Source of the DNA: Callorhinchus milii
Taxonomy: Eukaryota
Assembly (NCBI RefSeq): GCF_018977255.1
Contig: NW_024704742.1
Location: 14,572,001-14,636,000, forward strand
DNA length: 64,000 nucleotides
Direction: 5' to 3'
Part shown: piece after piece, positions 40,185 through 52,550 of the stretch
Layout: every line of letters starts with the position of its first letter
Numbering within the stretch: position 1 is the stretch's first letter
The notes under the pieces: generated by a model
Database searches by the model: none
What the model was told of the DNA's origin: nothing
Seen by the model: only the letters and a program-made list of their open reading frames with translations
Program-made: the position numbers and the translations under genes

Positions 40185-41648
40185 TAACTAGTGTTTTATA
40201 AAGGTTCATCATAACTTCCTGACTTTTGTATTCTATGCCCCTATTTATAAAGCCTAGTAACCTGTATGATTTTTTGACAGCTTTATCTGCATGTCCCTTC
40301 ACCTCCAAAGATTTTTGTTATTGATATAAATCACAATTCTATTGGATGGTGAGATACACCAACAAATTACAATTCTATTATTCCTGTTATCAAACATTTT
40401 AATTCAGTGAATCCTCTTTTACTGACATATATACATTCCAAAATATTTTTTAAGGTTCGTTCCTATTCAAGACACAATTTTGCAATGGGAATTTTAGAAA
40501 GTTATCATTGCTGTAGAAATATTAATAACTTACACTTATTCACAGTATTTGTTGTGTTTCTGCTATAGAACTCCTAAATAGTTAGCAGAGTGAGGATTAA
40601 CCAACATTGCAACATATATTTATGTCTCATGTACTGTGCACTTGACTGAGGCAATAGTGATTGATTAGGTAGTAAACACTGTTAAAATGGCTTCACAGCT
40701 TAATTTTGGAGGCGTTGGGTTATAGATTTGACCTTTTAGTTCCCTCATTTGCAATTTAACTGACTTGTAGATTGCCTCGGTCTTGTTTAAAATTTAATTG
40801 ACTTGTGTCTGGCTGACTGTAAGAAGCTGTAAATCTGAATGATGCCTCACAGAAGCTTTCATCATTCTGAATGCCTGACTCACCAATGCTTCGCTGGTGC
40901 TATTTTAGCCCCTGGTTTCTGTGCCTTCAATGTATATTTAGGTAATTAGATTAGAGGGTCGTTATCTGATAGTTTGCACAGACAACTGCAGATTGTCGCT
41001 CTTAACTTTCTGCTCAAGAGTTGTGTCACTGGCCTAAATACAAGCGCTTACAAATCATTCCCTGAAAAAGATACAAATCATTCCCTGAAAACATTTGCTT
41101 AGACTGATCAGAAACTTCCACAAAGTGGATTATGACTGGAATGGTGTTAAACTTGCATTTGGGTTGGATATAGAAAGTTTCTGCATAGATTAAATCTCCC
41201 ACTTCGCTGTTTCAAAATGTTGCCCAAGTACAGCAATATTCTGCAATCACTGGTACGTAACTGTTTGGATTGGGAACAAATTTAGATCATGATGCAACTA
41301 TGCCGAGTACGAAAGAGCTAATGACCTAAATAAAGTCATGCAGCTACCGACCGGAATATGCATCCAAGGAATATCCGCAGCATGCAATATTTAAAATAGA
41401 ACGTTTTGTTGGGCATTTTAAGTGTTGGTTTTAATACATGCGTATTTGTTGGGCAAACCTAAGTAATGTGTATGGCACCATAAAGAGAAAGTAAAGTGCA
41501 AAGATAAATCCAGTAATAAGTGTTTGAAATCAGTTGAAGCAGCATTTTAAAAAAAACTTGTTGAGAGTGGAGATTGAAATGCCAATTTGTTTTTAATTGC
41601 TGTCTCTGATTAATGTTACCTTTGTTTTTTTTTGTCATTTTGCTGCAG

Positions 41649-42472
41649 ACTTGTTAGTGATCAGCCAGAGTACACAGAATATGAAGGGACAAAGAGTGAG
41701 AAAGCAGTAGAGACCACACAACAGATTACAAGCAGCAGACAGCTTTGCGAGCAGTCCCTTCCATTCGAGCTTTACATCTCTGAGTCTCAGGACGAAGCAT
41801 ATTATGGAGAAACAGAAAGTGACACGGACATTTCAGGGAAGAAAGAAGAGAAGCAGAAACAGAGCAGCTCCAGATTGTTTCTGAAGGAATGCGGAAACTC
41901 TGGGCGGTCAATGAAGGAAAGTGATTCTGCAGAGCAAAAAGAACTGACACAACCAGCAGTGGTGGAACTCCAGTTATCCCTAGTGCATGGAAAGGATGGA
42001 GACCCAGAGACAGCTGCTGTGACCATCATTGGGGCAGAAACGTTCAACTCTGCAGCTTCAGATCCCACTAAACCTCTTGTGAACAGCCAGAGAACTGAAT
42101 CAGCACTGTCAGAGACTGATGGAAAGGTTACAGCCCAGATAACCACTGCTGCCACATCACTTCAGAGCAGCGGTGACAAACACGTCAAGTTGGTCCAAAG
42201 TGAGTGGCAAGGAGCAGGAGTGGATTCCAATCAGTCCAGAGTCGAGCTGTCTCTGGACTGCTCTGACAGAGAGCAAAGTGGAAAGGAGGTCTCCACCCCT
42301 GAGGTTGGCAGTGGGTGTGCTGATTCTCCAGCTGAAGAAGAGCTGTCAAAGACATACAGAACGCCTCCTTTCTCCATTGGAATTTCATCAGAGGGGACAG
42401 AGCACGGACCAGAAGAGACACGCTCTGGCAAGGATTTTGCAAGAACCCACAAGCACCGGGCCAGGCAGGCCA
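41649..42472 (+). CDS. SYNPO2: SYNPO2 coding exon 3 (acidic, Ser-rich linker ending THKHRARQA)
   Basis: T-rich tract then tgcag|A (AG+A = Arg, matching phase 2); open frame in ORF 41632..42480; donor GCCA|GTAAGT at 42473, phase 1. Confidence 0.92.
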
Positions 42473-44696
42473 GTAAGTAGGATTCTTTCCTGCACATTTG
42501 ATACATTTATATAAGACACAATGTAATGCTGTTAACATTATTGCCCCTAGTAAAACATATATATAACAGCGCTGCATGAGGTCATGTTCTAATGTACTAC
42601 TTGTAGGGTTAGTAGCTGTAGAATGAAGCTAATGGCTGCAGACTGATGATGTTTGCAGAACTCGGTTTGACAGACACCGACAGTTGTAATCCTGGGAGTT
42701 ATTTGATCCGCTGAAATAGCAAAGTCTTCACTCCAGTGAAAAGGGAACTCAGAATGTTCCCTGTCTTCTAGTTGGGAGGTGAGCCTTGGATACTGTAAGC
42801 ATATTCAGACTTTTAACTTCAGTACAATCTGGGTTGAATGGATGTTGGTACTTATGAAGTAATGTTTGCCAGTGTTCTTTGCAGAAAGAAACATGAAAAA
42901 TGTAAGACATATTTTATACTTGAGGACGTTGTAAATTATAGGACCAGGCTTACTTTAAAATTATTCTCTTAACATAATACTTCGGGTTTGATTAAATTTA
43001 TCTGTTTGGTAGACATAATATCTGATCTTCATTAATATTCATATGTATATTCATTGCATCTCTACATTGAATTATTTGTTCCTCTTGAGCACATTTGAAG
43101 GAAGGAGTCCTAAATATCTCAGATTGTTTCTGAAGGTTTTACAAGTGTATGAGAGTTAATGGTAGTCGGGTTAGAAGCACAAATTATGTATCACTTGGTC
43201 TGTGGTATTCTACCATTACCTTCAGGGGATCAAGACAATATTTGCGATTTACAGGATTGATGGAATCCCTTTATGAGATTATTAGCATTTTAATTGCATC
43301 CAATCAAGATTTACACCTTACACAGTTATTCCGTGAATGCTAATCACAGTGAACATTTGGTGACTGAAGTACTAAACAAGTCCTCACTACACTGCAATGT
43401 TAGAAATGTTTCTTCGAGACGTTTATTTTACATGAGAGGTGCTGTGTAAATGTAAAGTTGTTGCCATTAGCTGTTAAAATGAAAGCGGTGCTTTAGAAAT
43501 CGAGCAGTTGAAGATGTTTGTTGCCAACAAGATATTGAAAAACAAGGAATTTCAATGTAATCTTTCAAAATATGAAACATGCAAATTCAGCAATTAATTT
43601 AATTTGACATGTTTTCTCTACTTAAAAGGGAAATACCTGCCTGCTTCTGGGCGTGCGGGGGGAGGGAAGAGGGCATTTTCTTTATTTAAACTTAAAATAT
43701 CAAATATGTTACAAATAATACAAGCCAACTCTGCTTACAATTTCTAACATAAAATGTTAACTTTTAGATCTGCCGATTTTATGCGCAAGAATCATTTGCT
43801 GTTAAAATGTGTACTTATAAAATCCTTCAGGACTAATGGTACTCACCAAATATATCACTTACTTTGTTACTTTGTTTTCTTCTTTAGCTTTCATAGTAAT
43901 AGATTATTTCCCCTTAATTAGTAATTAATTATCTCCACTAGTTAATGGGCACCAATTTAAATTAATCATAAAAGGAATTAAACGAAAGGTGAGAAAAAAG
44001 CTTTACACAGAAGATAAGTGGAATGCGGAATTCTCTTTGATGTGAAATTATTTTAACAGGGAATTGGATTCAATGCATGATTGAAAAAGAGTAAGAAAAC
44101 ACTATAGGGTTTGAAAAGAATAGAATTATCTAGGTGTGACTCGAGTAAAGAATTACTAGTACAGACTTGATGGGCTGATTGGCCTGTTTCTGCACAGTAA
44201 CAATCTGCAATTCTATAATCGAATGCTCTTAATGGGTACATAAAGCAACAATTTTAAAATTGCAAAATATTTTTTAAAGAAATGATAAGCATGGTCTCTT
44301 ATGCATCTTCAGTGTTTTATAATCAAGCATTTTATATGATTTAACAGCTAAGAAATTAAACACCAGAATAATTAATTTTTCCACTAAAGAATATGCTTTG
44401 AGTTTTAATTCTGTAAAATATTTGCAGGCAAAATAAATTTTCTGATGAAAAGCATTTTGCTTCCAAACTTTGGTTAAACTTCTAAAATAAAATATGTTTT
44501 CTCTTGTTGCTTTGTTAACTTGAATAGATCTGTATTCATTTACCATCGAGACGGCTGTTTGTAAACAGGCAATGTGACAGGCTTTAAAGGTTTTAACTTT
44601 CAGATTCCTTTCTCCGAAGTAGATATTTTATTGAGAGAACTATTTCCATACCCACATGCATTAGTTTTAAACTTGTGTTTCATGTGTTCCCTACAG

Positions 44697-46948
44697 AAAT
44701 CCGTCGGAGTGAAAGCCTGTCAGAAAAGCAGGTTAAGGAAGCTAAGTCTAAATGTAAAAGCATTGCTTTACTCTTGACAGCAACTCCTACTCCCAGCTCC
44801 AAGGGGGCGTTGATGTTTAAGAAACGTCGCCAGAGGGCAAAAAAGTATACTTTGGTCAGCTACGGAACAGGGGAGTTTGATCCCGACGACGATCAAGAGG
44901 ATTCCATAGAATTCACTTTAATATCAACTAGCGAGTCTGATCTTGATGAGGATTTCAATGTGGATGTCAGTAACTCAACCCAACTTGTGACATTTGATTG
45001 GGACACAGATTTAGGAGAAGTCGAGAAGAAGGAGGACAAGAGTGAAGACGAAATGCAGAGGTTACCAGAAACCAAAGGCAAGGGTGCTTTGATGTTTGCC
45101 AAGAGGAGGCAGAGGGTTGACCAATACACAGCTGAGCAAGAGGAGATAAAGAGATCAGGAAGAGTATCTGAAGCTTCCTTTACGCAGTCTGTAAAAATAG
45201 ACAGTTCTTCCCAAGTAATGCAAAGCAGTGTCAATGAATCATCAGTCACGATGCAAAATCATGCCTCTGAAAATGGTATGGACATGAGTAAGCCAAGTGG
45301 TTATGATCCTAGGGTTGAGAACGTAAATGGAGTTGGAGTGGCATCTGAGATGATTGTCCAAAACTTTAAAGTCGCTGAAGAGAACAGATCAGGTGTGCTG
45401 AACAGAACAGCCAGACCATTCCCCGGGGTGCAAAACCGAGCTGCTGCTCCTTTTTCCCCTACAAGAAATCTAACAAGTTCCCTGTCAGATTTACCTCCCC
45501 CACCACCATACTCTTCCATTAGTCCACCACCTGGCAACCTTTACCATGTTGCATCTCCTCCTTTGGTTGCCACACCTCAACCGGGTGTATGGTCACCTGC
45601 AGGCATTGCAGGGGAGCAGATAGCATCCAGAGATGAGAGAATCTCTATTCCTGCAATAAGAACTGGTATTCTGCAAGACGCGAGAAAACGAAACACTGCA
45701 AAGCCAATGTTTACTTTCGTGGATCGCCCTAAGGTAGCCCCAAACCCAGAGCTCCTCTCCCTTGTGAAAGGCAACAAAGACAAACGTAGAGGAGCAGACC
45801 AGCCCGGCGGAGGTTTTGAATCGGGACCTGAAGAAGATTACCTAAGTTTAGGTGCGGAAGCATCCAACTTTTTACAGTCCCCGGCGGTAAAGCAGAAGAC
45901 CCCTCCTCCAGTTGCACCAAAGCCATCTGTTAAGAACTCTCCCACTGGGATAACCCCTGTGCTGTTACCTGTGCTATCACCTCCTGTGCCTCTGGCAGTA
46001 ATCCCTGTTGAAGCTCCTGTAAACTCTTCTGAAGCCACTCACCAGATGCCAGTAAAATCACACCCAGTTCAACCTGTTAGTTCTTGGTACCCATCTACCA
46101 ATGCTACCAACCAGTTTACACCTTCGACAGGACCTCAATCAGTAGTGTCAACACATTCACATAGTTCCAAAACACCTCCCACAACTCCCTTATTACATTC
46201 TGCAGCAGCTGGAGGTATGGGTCCAGCATTTGAAATGCCAGCTTTGAAAGGTAAAGGAGCTGCGTTGTTTGCAAGGAGGCAGTCTCGAATGGAGAAATAC
46301 ATAGTAGACTCAACAACAGTCAAGGCTAATAAACCGCGGCCACCGTCACCTACCCCTTCCCTGCCAGCGTCTTGGAAGTATTCGTCTAATATAAGAGCAC
46401 CTCCCCCTTTGGCTTACAACCCAATCCTTTCACCATCGTATCCACCTGGCCTTATAAAATCACACGCACAGTCCACTTCCTCAAACAAGTCAAATAAAGG
46501 TGCCAAAGGTAAAGGCAAAAAGCCTCTCAATACCTTGGATGTCATGAAACACCAGCCATATCAGCTTAATCCATCCTTGTTCACTTTTTCATCCACATCT
46601 GATACTAAGGCACTTCCACCCAAAAGCTCACCACTTTCTAAGCAATCTGTAAAGCCTGGTCCTCTTCCACCTATGAATCAAACTCAAATCTCTCCACCAG
46701 TTAATGCTGCCTGTTCTGTTTCTAAGAGTGTCTCATCTATGCCAACAGGACAATCTTTTAATCAAGCTCCAGCTTATGCAAGCTCTGCAGATGAAGATCA
46801 TGCCTATGGTTCTAGAGGGGGTTCTGGTGTACCCTCTCTTCCGAGTGAGAATGCCTTTGTACCTCCAAGTTATGTGTCATCAGCCATGTCAATTGCCATG
46901 GTGCCAAGACCCAAGTTTTCAGCAAAGAAAGTTGGAGTCACAGCACAG
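44697..46948 (+). CDS. SYNPO2: SYNPO2 coding exon 4, spliced form (basic KKRR motif, PPxY motif, proline-rich region)
   Basis: Acceptor ccctacag|AA (A+AA = Lys, phase 1); 767-aa ORF 44675..46978; internal donor CAG|GTGTGG at 46949, phase 0. Confidence 0.93.
45494..45511 (+). other. PPxY (PPPPPY) WW-domain-binding motif within SYNPO2
   Basis: cct ccc cca cca cca tac, in frame in exon 4; the mammalian SYNPO2 PPPY motif is reported to bind the BAG3 WW domain. Confidence 0.85.
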
Positions 46949-46978
46949 GTGTGGAAACCCTTTTCGATAGTGGAGTAA
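46949..46978 (+). CDS. SYNPO2: Read-through extension of exon 4 encoding the short C-terminus VWKPFSIVE* (~1120-aa isoform)
   Basis: The frame continues past the donor to TAA at 46976-46978; resembles the recalled mammalian SYNPO2 ending QVWKPSVVEE. Confidence 0.85.
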   Translation: MWKPFSIVE

Positions 46979-48284
46979 TGTAATTGGTAAAAGGCAATGC
47001 TAACGGTTTTATTTGTGAGATTTATATTTGATTTTGTGGTCTGCAGTACGGCACTGGAGTTAATGGCAGTTTAAGAGAGGTGCATTCTTTCTGTCCCAAT
47101 GTAGATTTTTTCAATGAATCTATTTTTAAATAATACTTCCAGCTCTTTTGGGGGTCTAATCGATGAAATGCATCTTGTCTCTTTGAAACAGAACATAAGT
47201 CATCCCAGCTCTGTTCTTTTTTAAATATGTTGCCTCATTTTCATATGACGTGCTGGGCAGAGAAAAGAAATTCCAGTCCAGAAGTACATTGCCTTAAAAG
47301 GCAGGGTTATCATGACATAAAAAGGAGAGCAAAGATTATGCAATGATTATTAGTTTCTCTGAATAGTCTTCGGCAAATCTGAGTTAGCTAATGGAAATTT
47401 ACAGGTCTTCAGACACTCAATGATGTGAAAGGAATAAGCAGGGAAATCTGGATGAAAGTTAAAGTAGGTTTTGCAAAATAATGAAACATGCGGATCAATT
47501 TGAATGCATGGCGATTGAGTTTCTCTGTGATTACACAGAAGGAATTATATGATGTTCATTGGAAAAGGAAGGAGTCTGGGAAATGTTGCACAGTTTGATG
47601 ATGAGGTAATGGGGGCGGGAGTTCCTGAACATGGTTCAAGGTATAATATTTGGCAAGTTTGGGTTTTTCCTTTGTATGCACAATGTGTAAGGATTGAATG
47701 AATTCTGCTTATTACTAATCTGAAGGTTGCAGCAACACAAAGGGTATATACACCCACTAGAATTCAGATCGCTTTGCATTGACCTCAGATTATGCGCTCA
47801 CAACTTTTCTGCTCTGAGACTTCTTCACGCTTTTATTATTTCTTTACTTTCATTGTATTTTGAATCTTTTTTCTTTGAATTTCACGTTTTTCGTTCTGCT
47901 TCTTAAGAGTTGCAAGAATGAAGGTTACAATATCAGCCAGGAAAACAGAAATGCTATTTATTGTAAAATAGCATCTTCACTTCATTCAAACCAAAGAAAA
48001 CAAATCAACATTTCTGCAAAGATTGAATCATTTACATATAGAAGCTTCTTTTTTTGTCAATGGCTGTTATTTGTAGCTTTCTTTTATGTTCAAATATAAT
48101 TTTTCTTCCTGTTATGTACATCCTGTATTCTTCTCCACTGTAATATTAAAATTCTCACTGTCTTTATATATTTACTTTCATTTCTCTCTTTTCACTCTGG
48201 GCAAGGCGAATATGAAATGTATTAAAAAAAACTTATTTGAATTAAATGCAGATTGGTAGCAATAATCTCTTAAGGATTTGTGGG

Positions 48285-48635
48285 GAGAAATTCCACGTGG
48301 GTATAGATTTACTCTATTTATGTAGTATGTCACAGACTATATCAGGTGACAAATTCTAAAGTACAGCCTTCATTTTGAAGCTGCTTTTCCGTAAGTTCAT
48401 TTAACAAACCACAGGAAACTGACGTTGAAGTTAAGACTGGAATTAACAATTTGCTAAATTGTGGATGCTCTATAACAACAACAACTTGCATTTATAAAGC
48501 ACCCTTCACGCGGGCTAGAGTCCCTGAGTGCTTGACAGTGGCGGAATCTGACCTCGAGCCATTGGGAGAGGGAGTGGGAAAGTTACCTATAATGCTACAT
48601 AAATTGAGTAAATGTAGAACTAAGTGGAATTTCTC
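48285..48635. mobile_element. MITE-like element with ~45-bp imperfect terminal inverted repeats; an L2 3' end is nested at ~48474-48580
   Basis: gagaaattccac...atttactctatttatgtag on the left versus ctacataaattgagtaaat...gtggaatttctc on the right. Confidence 0.65.
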
Positions 48636-51600
48636 TGCCATGCCCCCTAGACATGATTTTATAAATAAGACATTTTATTCACACTCCCATAGAGATAGCA
48701 TGACAAATTTCAAATTGGTTAGGTGCTGTTTACTGCAATGCATCATTCATTTGCATCTGACGCAGTGTCCCCACAATAGTGTATTGGCAACATGGCCAGA
48801 TCATGATATTAGGTGGCAGCTGCATCCTGTCACTCATTCCAAATGGCCTTGCAGATCTACAACCACTGCGTTGAATTGCAATTGCTGTGCAAGTACTGTC
48901 CTTATGAAAACCCGCAAGAAATTCTTTGGAAAAAGTATTGAATAGCAAAATTGCTGAGCATTGGAACATAATGTTCTGTTTATTTATATATTCATAGATT
49001 TATTCATCACAATAATCATGCACACATCTGTTTCCTCTCCAAAACTATGCAAAGGCAAGTACTGCAGGTCGTAACAGTTCCAGATTATTACTTTGCAAAT
49101 GTTTAGGAAATTTCCTCTTCACATACAGTGTACGGTAAAATATCAAGAAACTGCCACTTGTTATTTGCACAAAGTCAGCGATCATTCATTTTACTTCACT
49201 TTCATGTCATTTTTCAGGACTATTTTGTTGATTTTCACCTTTGGCCAGAATAAGACCACCATATCCATCGTCATTTGAAGTTTTGAAATGTACATGATTT
49301 CTAGGAGATCAGAATAATTACTTATTGACTGTTTGATTTTAAATGGGCATTTATCTGCAGAAAACTAAACAGCAAAACAACTGTAACATTAGTAAGCAGC
49401 ATTAAGACAGTTGACACCAGCTCAAACTGGCAGTTACGTTTGTGTGCAAACATGAGTTATCCTGTGAGAGTCTGCAGTCTCTGCGTGCCAGGGTGAGTGT
49501 GACATGTGCATTCTGCTGGCTAGTAAGAGAGGATTTTGGGGATGGGGCAGGTGGGGAGGGTCACAAAGCAATAAGCAGAGAGCTTAACATTTACCCACAG
49601 GGTCACTCATTTCACTCTTTCATTTAAAAAAAATGCATTTTCTCTTTTGGTCTGGATAGAAATCAACAATTACCAGGATTGATTTGAATGTTTCACCAAG
49701 CTTATCACATTAAAATGTTTAGTTTGCTCTCCAACCCTCCTCCCCCCACTCCCCTCTTCTCACTGCATTTCATTCAAGTGACTTCTTCATACACAATGAA
49801 TTTCCTGTTTTCAATCGAGGCTGAATATTTTAAATTTGCCAGGAAACATAACTCAGTGATGCTATAATCTCTAAACTCAATGGTGGGTTAATTTCTATTT
49901 AAAGGGGAGATTAGCAACTGCTTTAAAATAATATCATAATTTAAAACTAAAATAGAGCACAGTAAGTGAAACAGGGTGGTAGTGCATCATAATACAGGCT
50001 GAGGAAAGCAGACTTCACCCGTATGTTTCTGACATACTGTATTAACTGCTGATGCTGAACCTGACTGGAAAGGAACTGATACATACTGATGTATATATCA
50101 GGGCATTTCAGAAGTTGCACTTCAGCAGGTTTCATATCTTTACTCACCTTTGAAATCCAACACAGCTGTGATGTCAGCTGATATCATTGGAACAGTCACC
50201 TTGCAAGAAAATGTAATGGTAGAGAGTGGATAGTGGAATTTTCCCCTCTGATTTATTTTTCCTTATTTGAGCATATTTCATTTTTGCCTGCAAATTTTTA
50301 ATTTCTCTATTTTTATCTGCAGCCCCATAGTCCTGTGGTTGAGTAAGGCAGTAGGAGGAGATGGGGTGGGGGGACATGATACAATACTTTACTTCTGCTC
50401 AAGGAACTGTTAAGCAGCTGTTAGGAGAACCCCAGCAGCCATAGGATGGGACTCTTACTCTGCAGAGAGCTGTTTGGTACGTCCCATACAAGAACAACAA
50501 ACATCAGGAACTCATCAGATTTAACCCCAATATAGGAGGTTAAATCTGCATCCTCCACTGTCCTGGCTCTTTGTGTTACCATCTTATTTGAACTCTTAGA
50601 TTCCTATCATTGTTTTTTGAGTTACATTAAAAGCAGCTCCCACAAAGAGAACTTCACAGGACACCCACCTAGATGGTTCAATAGAAATAAGCACAAGGTA
50701 TTGCACATAAAAGTAAAAATAGAAGGCACGTGTACTCCGTGGACAAGATAGAACTTGGCAAGGGGGAAGTTGAAAGAGACCTAGGAGTGTTAGTTGACTC
50801 ATTGCTCAATATGTGGGAACAATGTGATGAAACAATAAACAACGCAAACACGGAATGGACTATATTGCTGAATCAGTTCAGTTCAGCTTCTCAGAGGTCA
50901 GACTGAAAATTAACAGTGAGGCCACACCTGGGGTATTGTGTGCAGTTCTAATGACTGTGACATAATGAGAGGGACAAGGCACTCAGATCTAGAGTTAGTC
51001 CAGATGACATTGAGATTGATCCCCAGTACAATAATCCTTTATTTTCGATATAGCACTTGATCACGTTGAAATGTCTCAAAGCACTTTATAGAGTTTTTTC
51101 TGTAAAGTGTGTTGATTGTATTTATAGGCACGCATAACAGTCAATTCGCACACAGCAATGTCCCACAAACAGCAAAGAGATAAATGACAAATTAACTAAG
51201 GGATTCCTAGCAAGGTCACCAGAGAAACTCCCTTCTCTTTTTTGGAACAAAGTCATGGATTATTTTACGTCCATCCGAACAGGCAGACAGGAGCTTGGTT
51301 TAGCATCTTTCTGAAGGACAGAGTGCCAAAATATAGTGCTTCCCCAATGGTGCACTGGAGGGTCTATTGTGAGCTCCAGGTTCCTGATGTGAATTTTAAA
51401 CCCACTATCTTCTAATCCAAAGGTGACACACCTGTATTAGACGGATGAGATATAAGGAACACTGAGAAAACCTAGAGGAGTTCACCTTTGAAAACAGATG
51501 TCTGAGAGTGTACCTCATAATAATAATCCTTCTAAATGGGTATCTAAACATGGACAATACTTTCATATATGCTGAGAGTGGGACCAGAATATACAGCTTC

Positions 51601-52422
51601 AGAGCAATTGTGTGTGTGTGGGGGGGGGTGAGGGGGGGGTTACTTAGGGACAGATTGGCTGGGTTAAAAACTACTCTGAATACTGTAGTATGAGCTTGAG
51701 AGGTTTCAGTTAGTATGAAATATGTCAGCATTCTGCTCACATAAACCACCTATGTTGATCACCTTAGTTAAAAAACAAAAGATTTACATTTGCTGATTGT
51801 ATTCACAGGATTGATTGAATAGATTGTTCCACCCTCTAGGTGCTTCTCTCTGTATTTGCAGTGGAGAATAATGTATTCAAGCCCCACATCGAGACTGGAA
51901 ACTCACAGTCTAGGCTGATACTCGATGGAGAGCACTGCATTTGCAGAGGTGTCATTTGGGTGAGATGTTAAACCAAGTTCTCACCTATCTGTTCAGGTGA
52001 ATGCTAAAGATCCTAAAATACTATACAAAAAGAGGAGAGTTTCTCCCGGTGTCCTGGCCAATAATCCCCCAAATAAAATCAATCATTCACTTCATGGCTG
52101 TTTGTGAGGCACTGCTCTGTGCAAATTGGATGCCACATTCACCCGCAAAACACATTTACTCCACTTAACAGTGAATTCTGTGAAACACTTTCAGATGTCT
52201 TCCCAATGTGAAAGGCGCACACCAATGGAAGGATTATAAAGCATTATTATTTGGGGCGATGTTATGGGAACACAGCATTGCACTAGATGGTGAACTGAGG
52301 GAAAATGTTTAGATAGGGAGCAATATGACACCACCGTCACACAGCGCATCAAAGACATTCCTGCTAGACTTTGTGGACTGAGGCAGGGCACCATTCCTGT
52401 GGTAGTGCTCATGTGCCAAATG

Positions 52423-52550
52423 GTCACTGATCCGTGCACCCTGTTGCAGAAGGGTCTGGAGCCCAGAATAGCAAATAAAACTGCCATCTTGCAATGGTAA
52501 CAACAACTGCTTTGAACCTTTCTGCCAATGGCACATTCCAAGCTACAGCC
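52423..52550 (+). pseudogene. Frameshifted PIF/Harbinger (HARBI1-like) transposase fragment
   Basis: Frame at 52423 reads VTDPCTLLQKGLEPRIANKTA; after a frameshift it reads VTTTALNLSANGTFQATA, resembling the Harbinger pattern ALxFxAxGSFQ. Confidence 0.55.

Larger units (their letters stand above)
39041..40310 (-). mobile_element. CR1 LINE 3' fragment interrupted by two L2 insertions
   Basis: (catagaat)2 = reverse ATTCTATG CR1 tail; translation RPQLEYCVHFWASHFRKDVKALKRVQRRFIRMVPG. Confidence 0.88.

Noticed and set aside
41049..41091. Short direct repeat tacaaatcattccctgaaaa x2 (similar small duplications near 138, 7736 and 52840)
   Set aside because: Two-copy local slippage duplications with no spacers or array structure, so not CRISPR-like.
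44893..46323. Several antisense ORFs over exon 4 (and similar ones over exons 3 and 5)
   Set aside because: Shadow ORFs of real coding sequence with no recognisable motifs.
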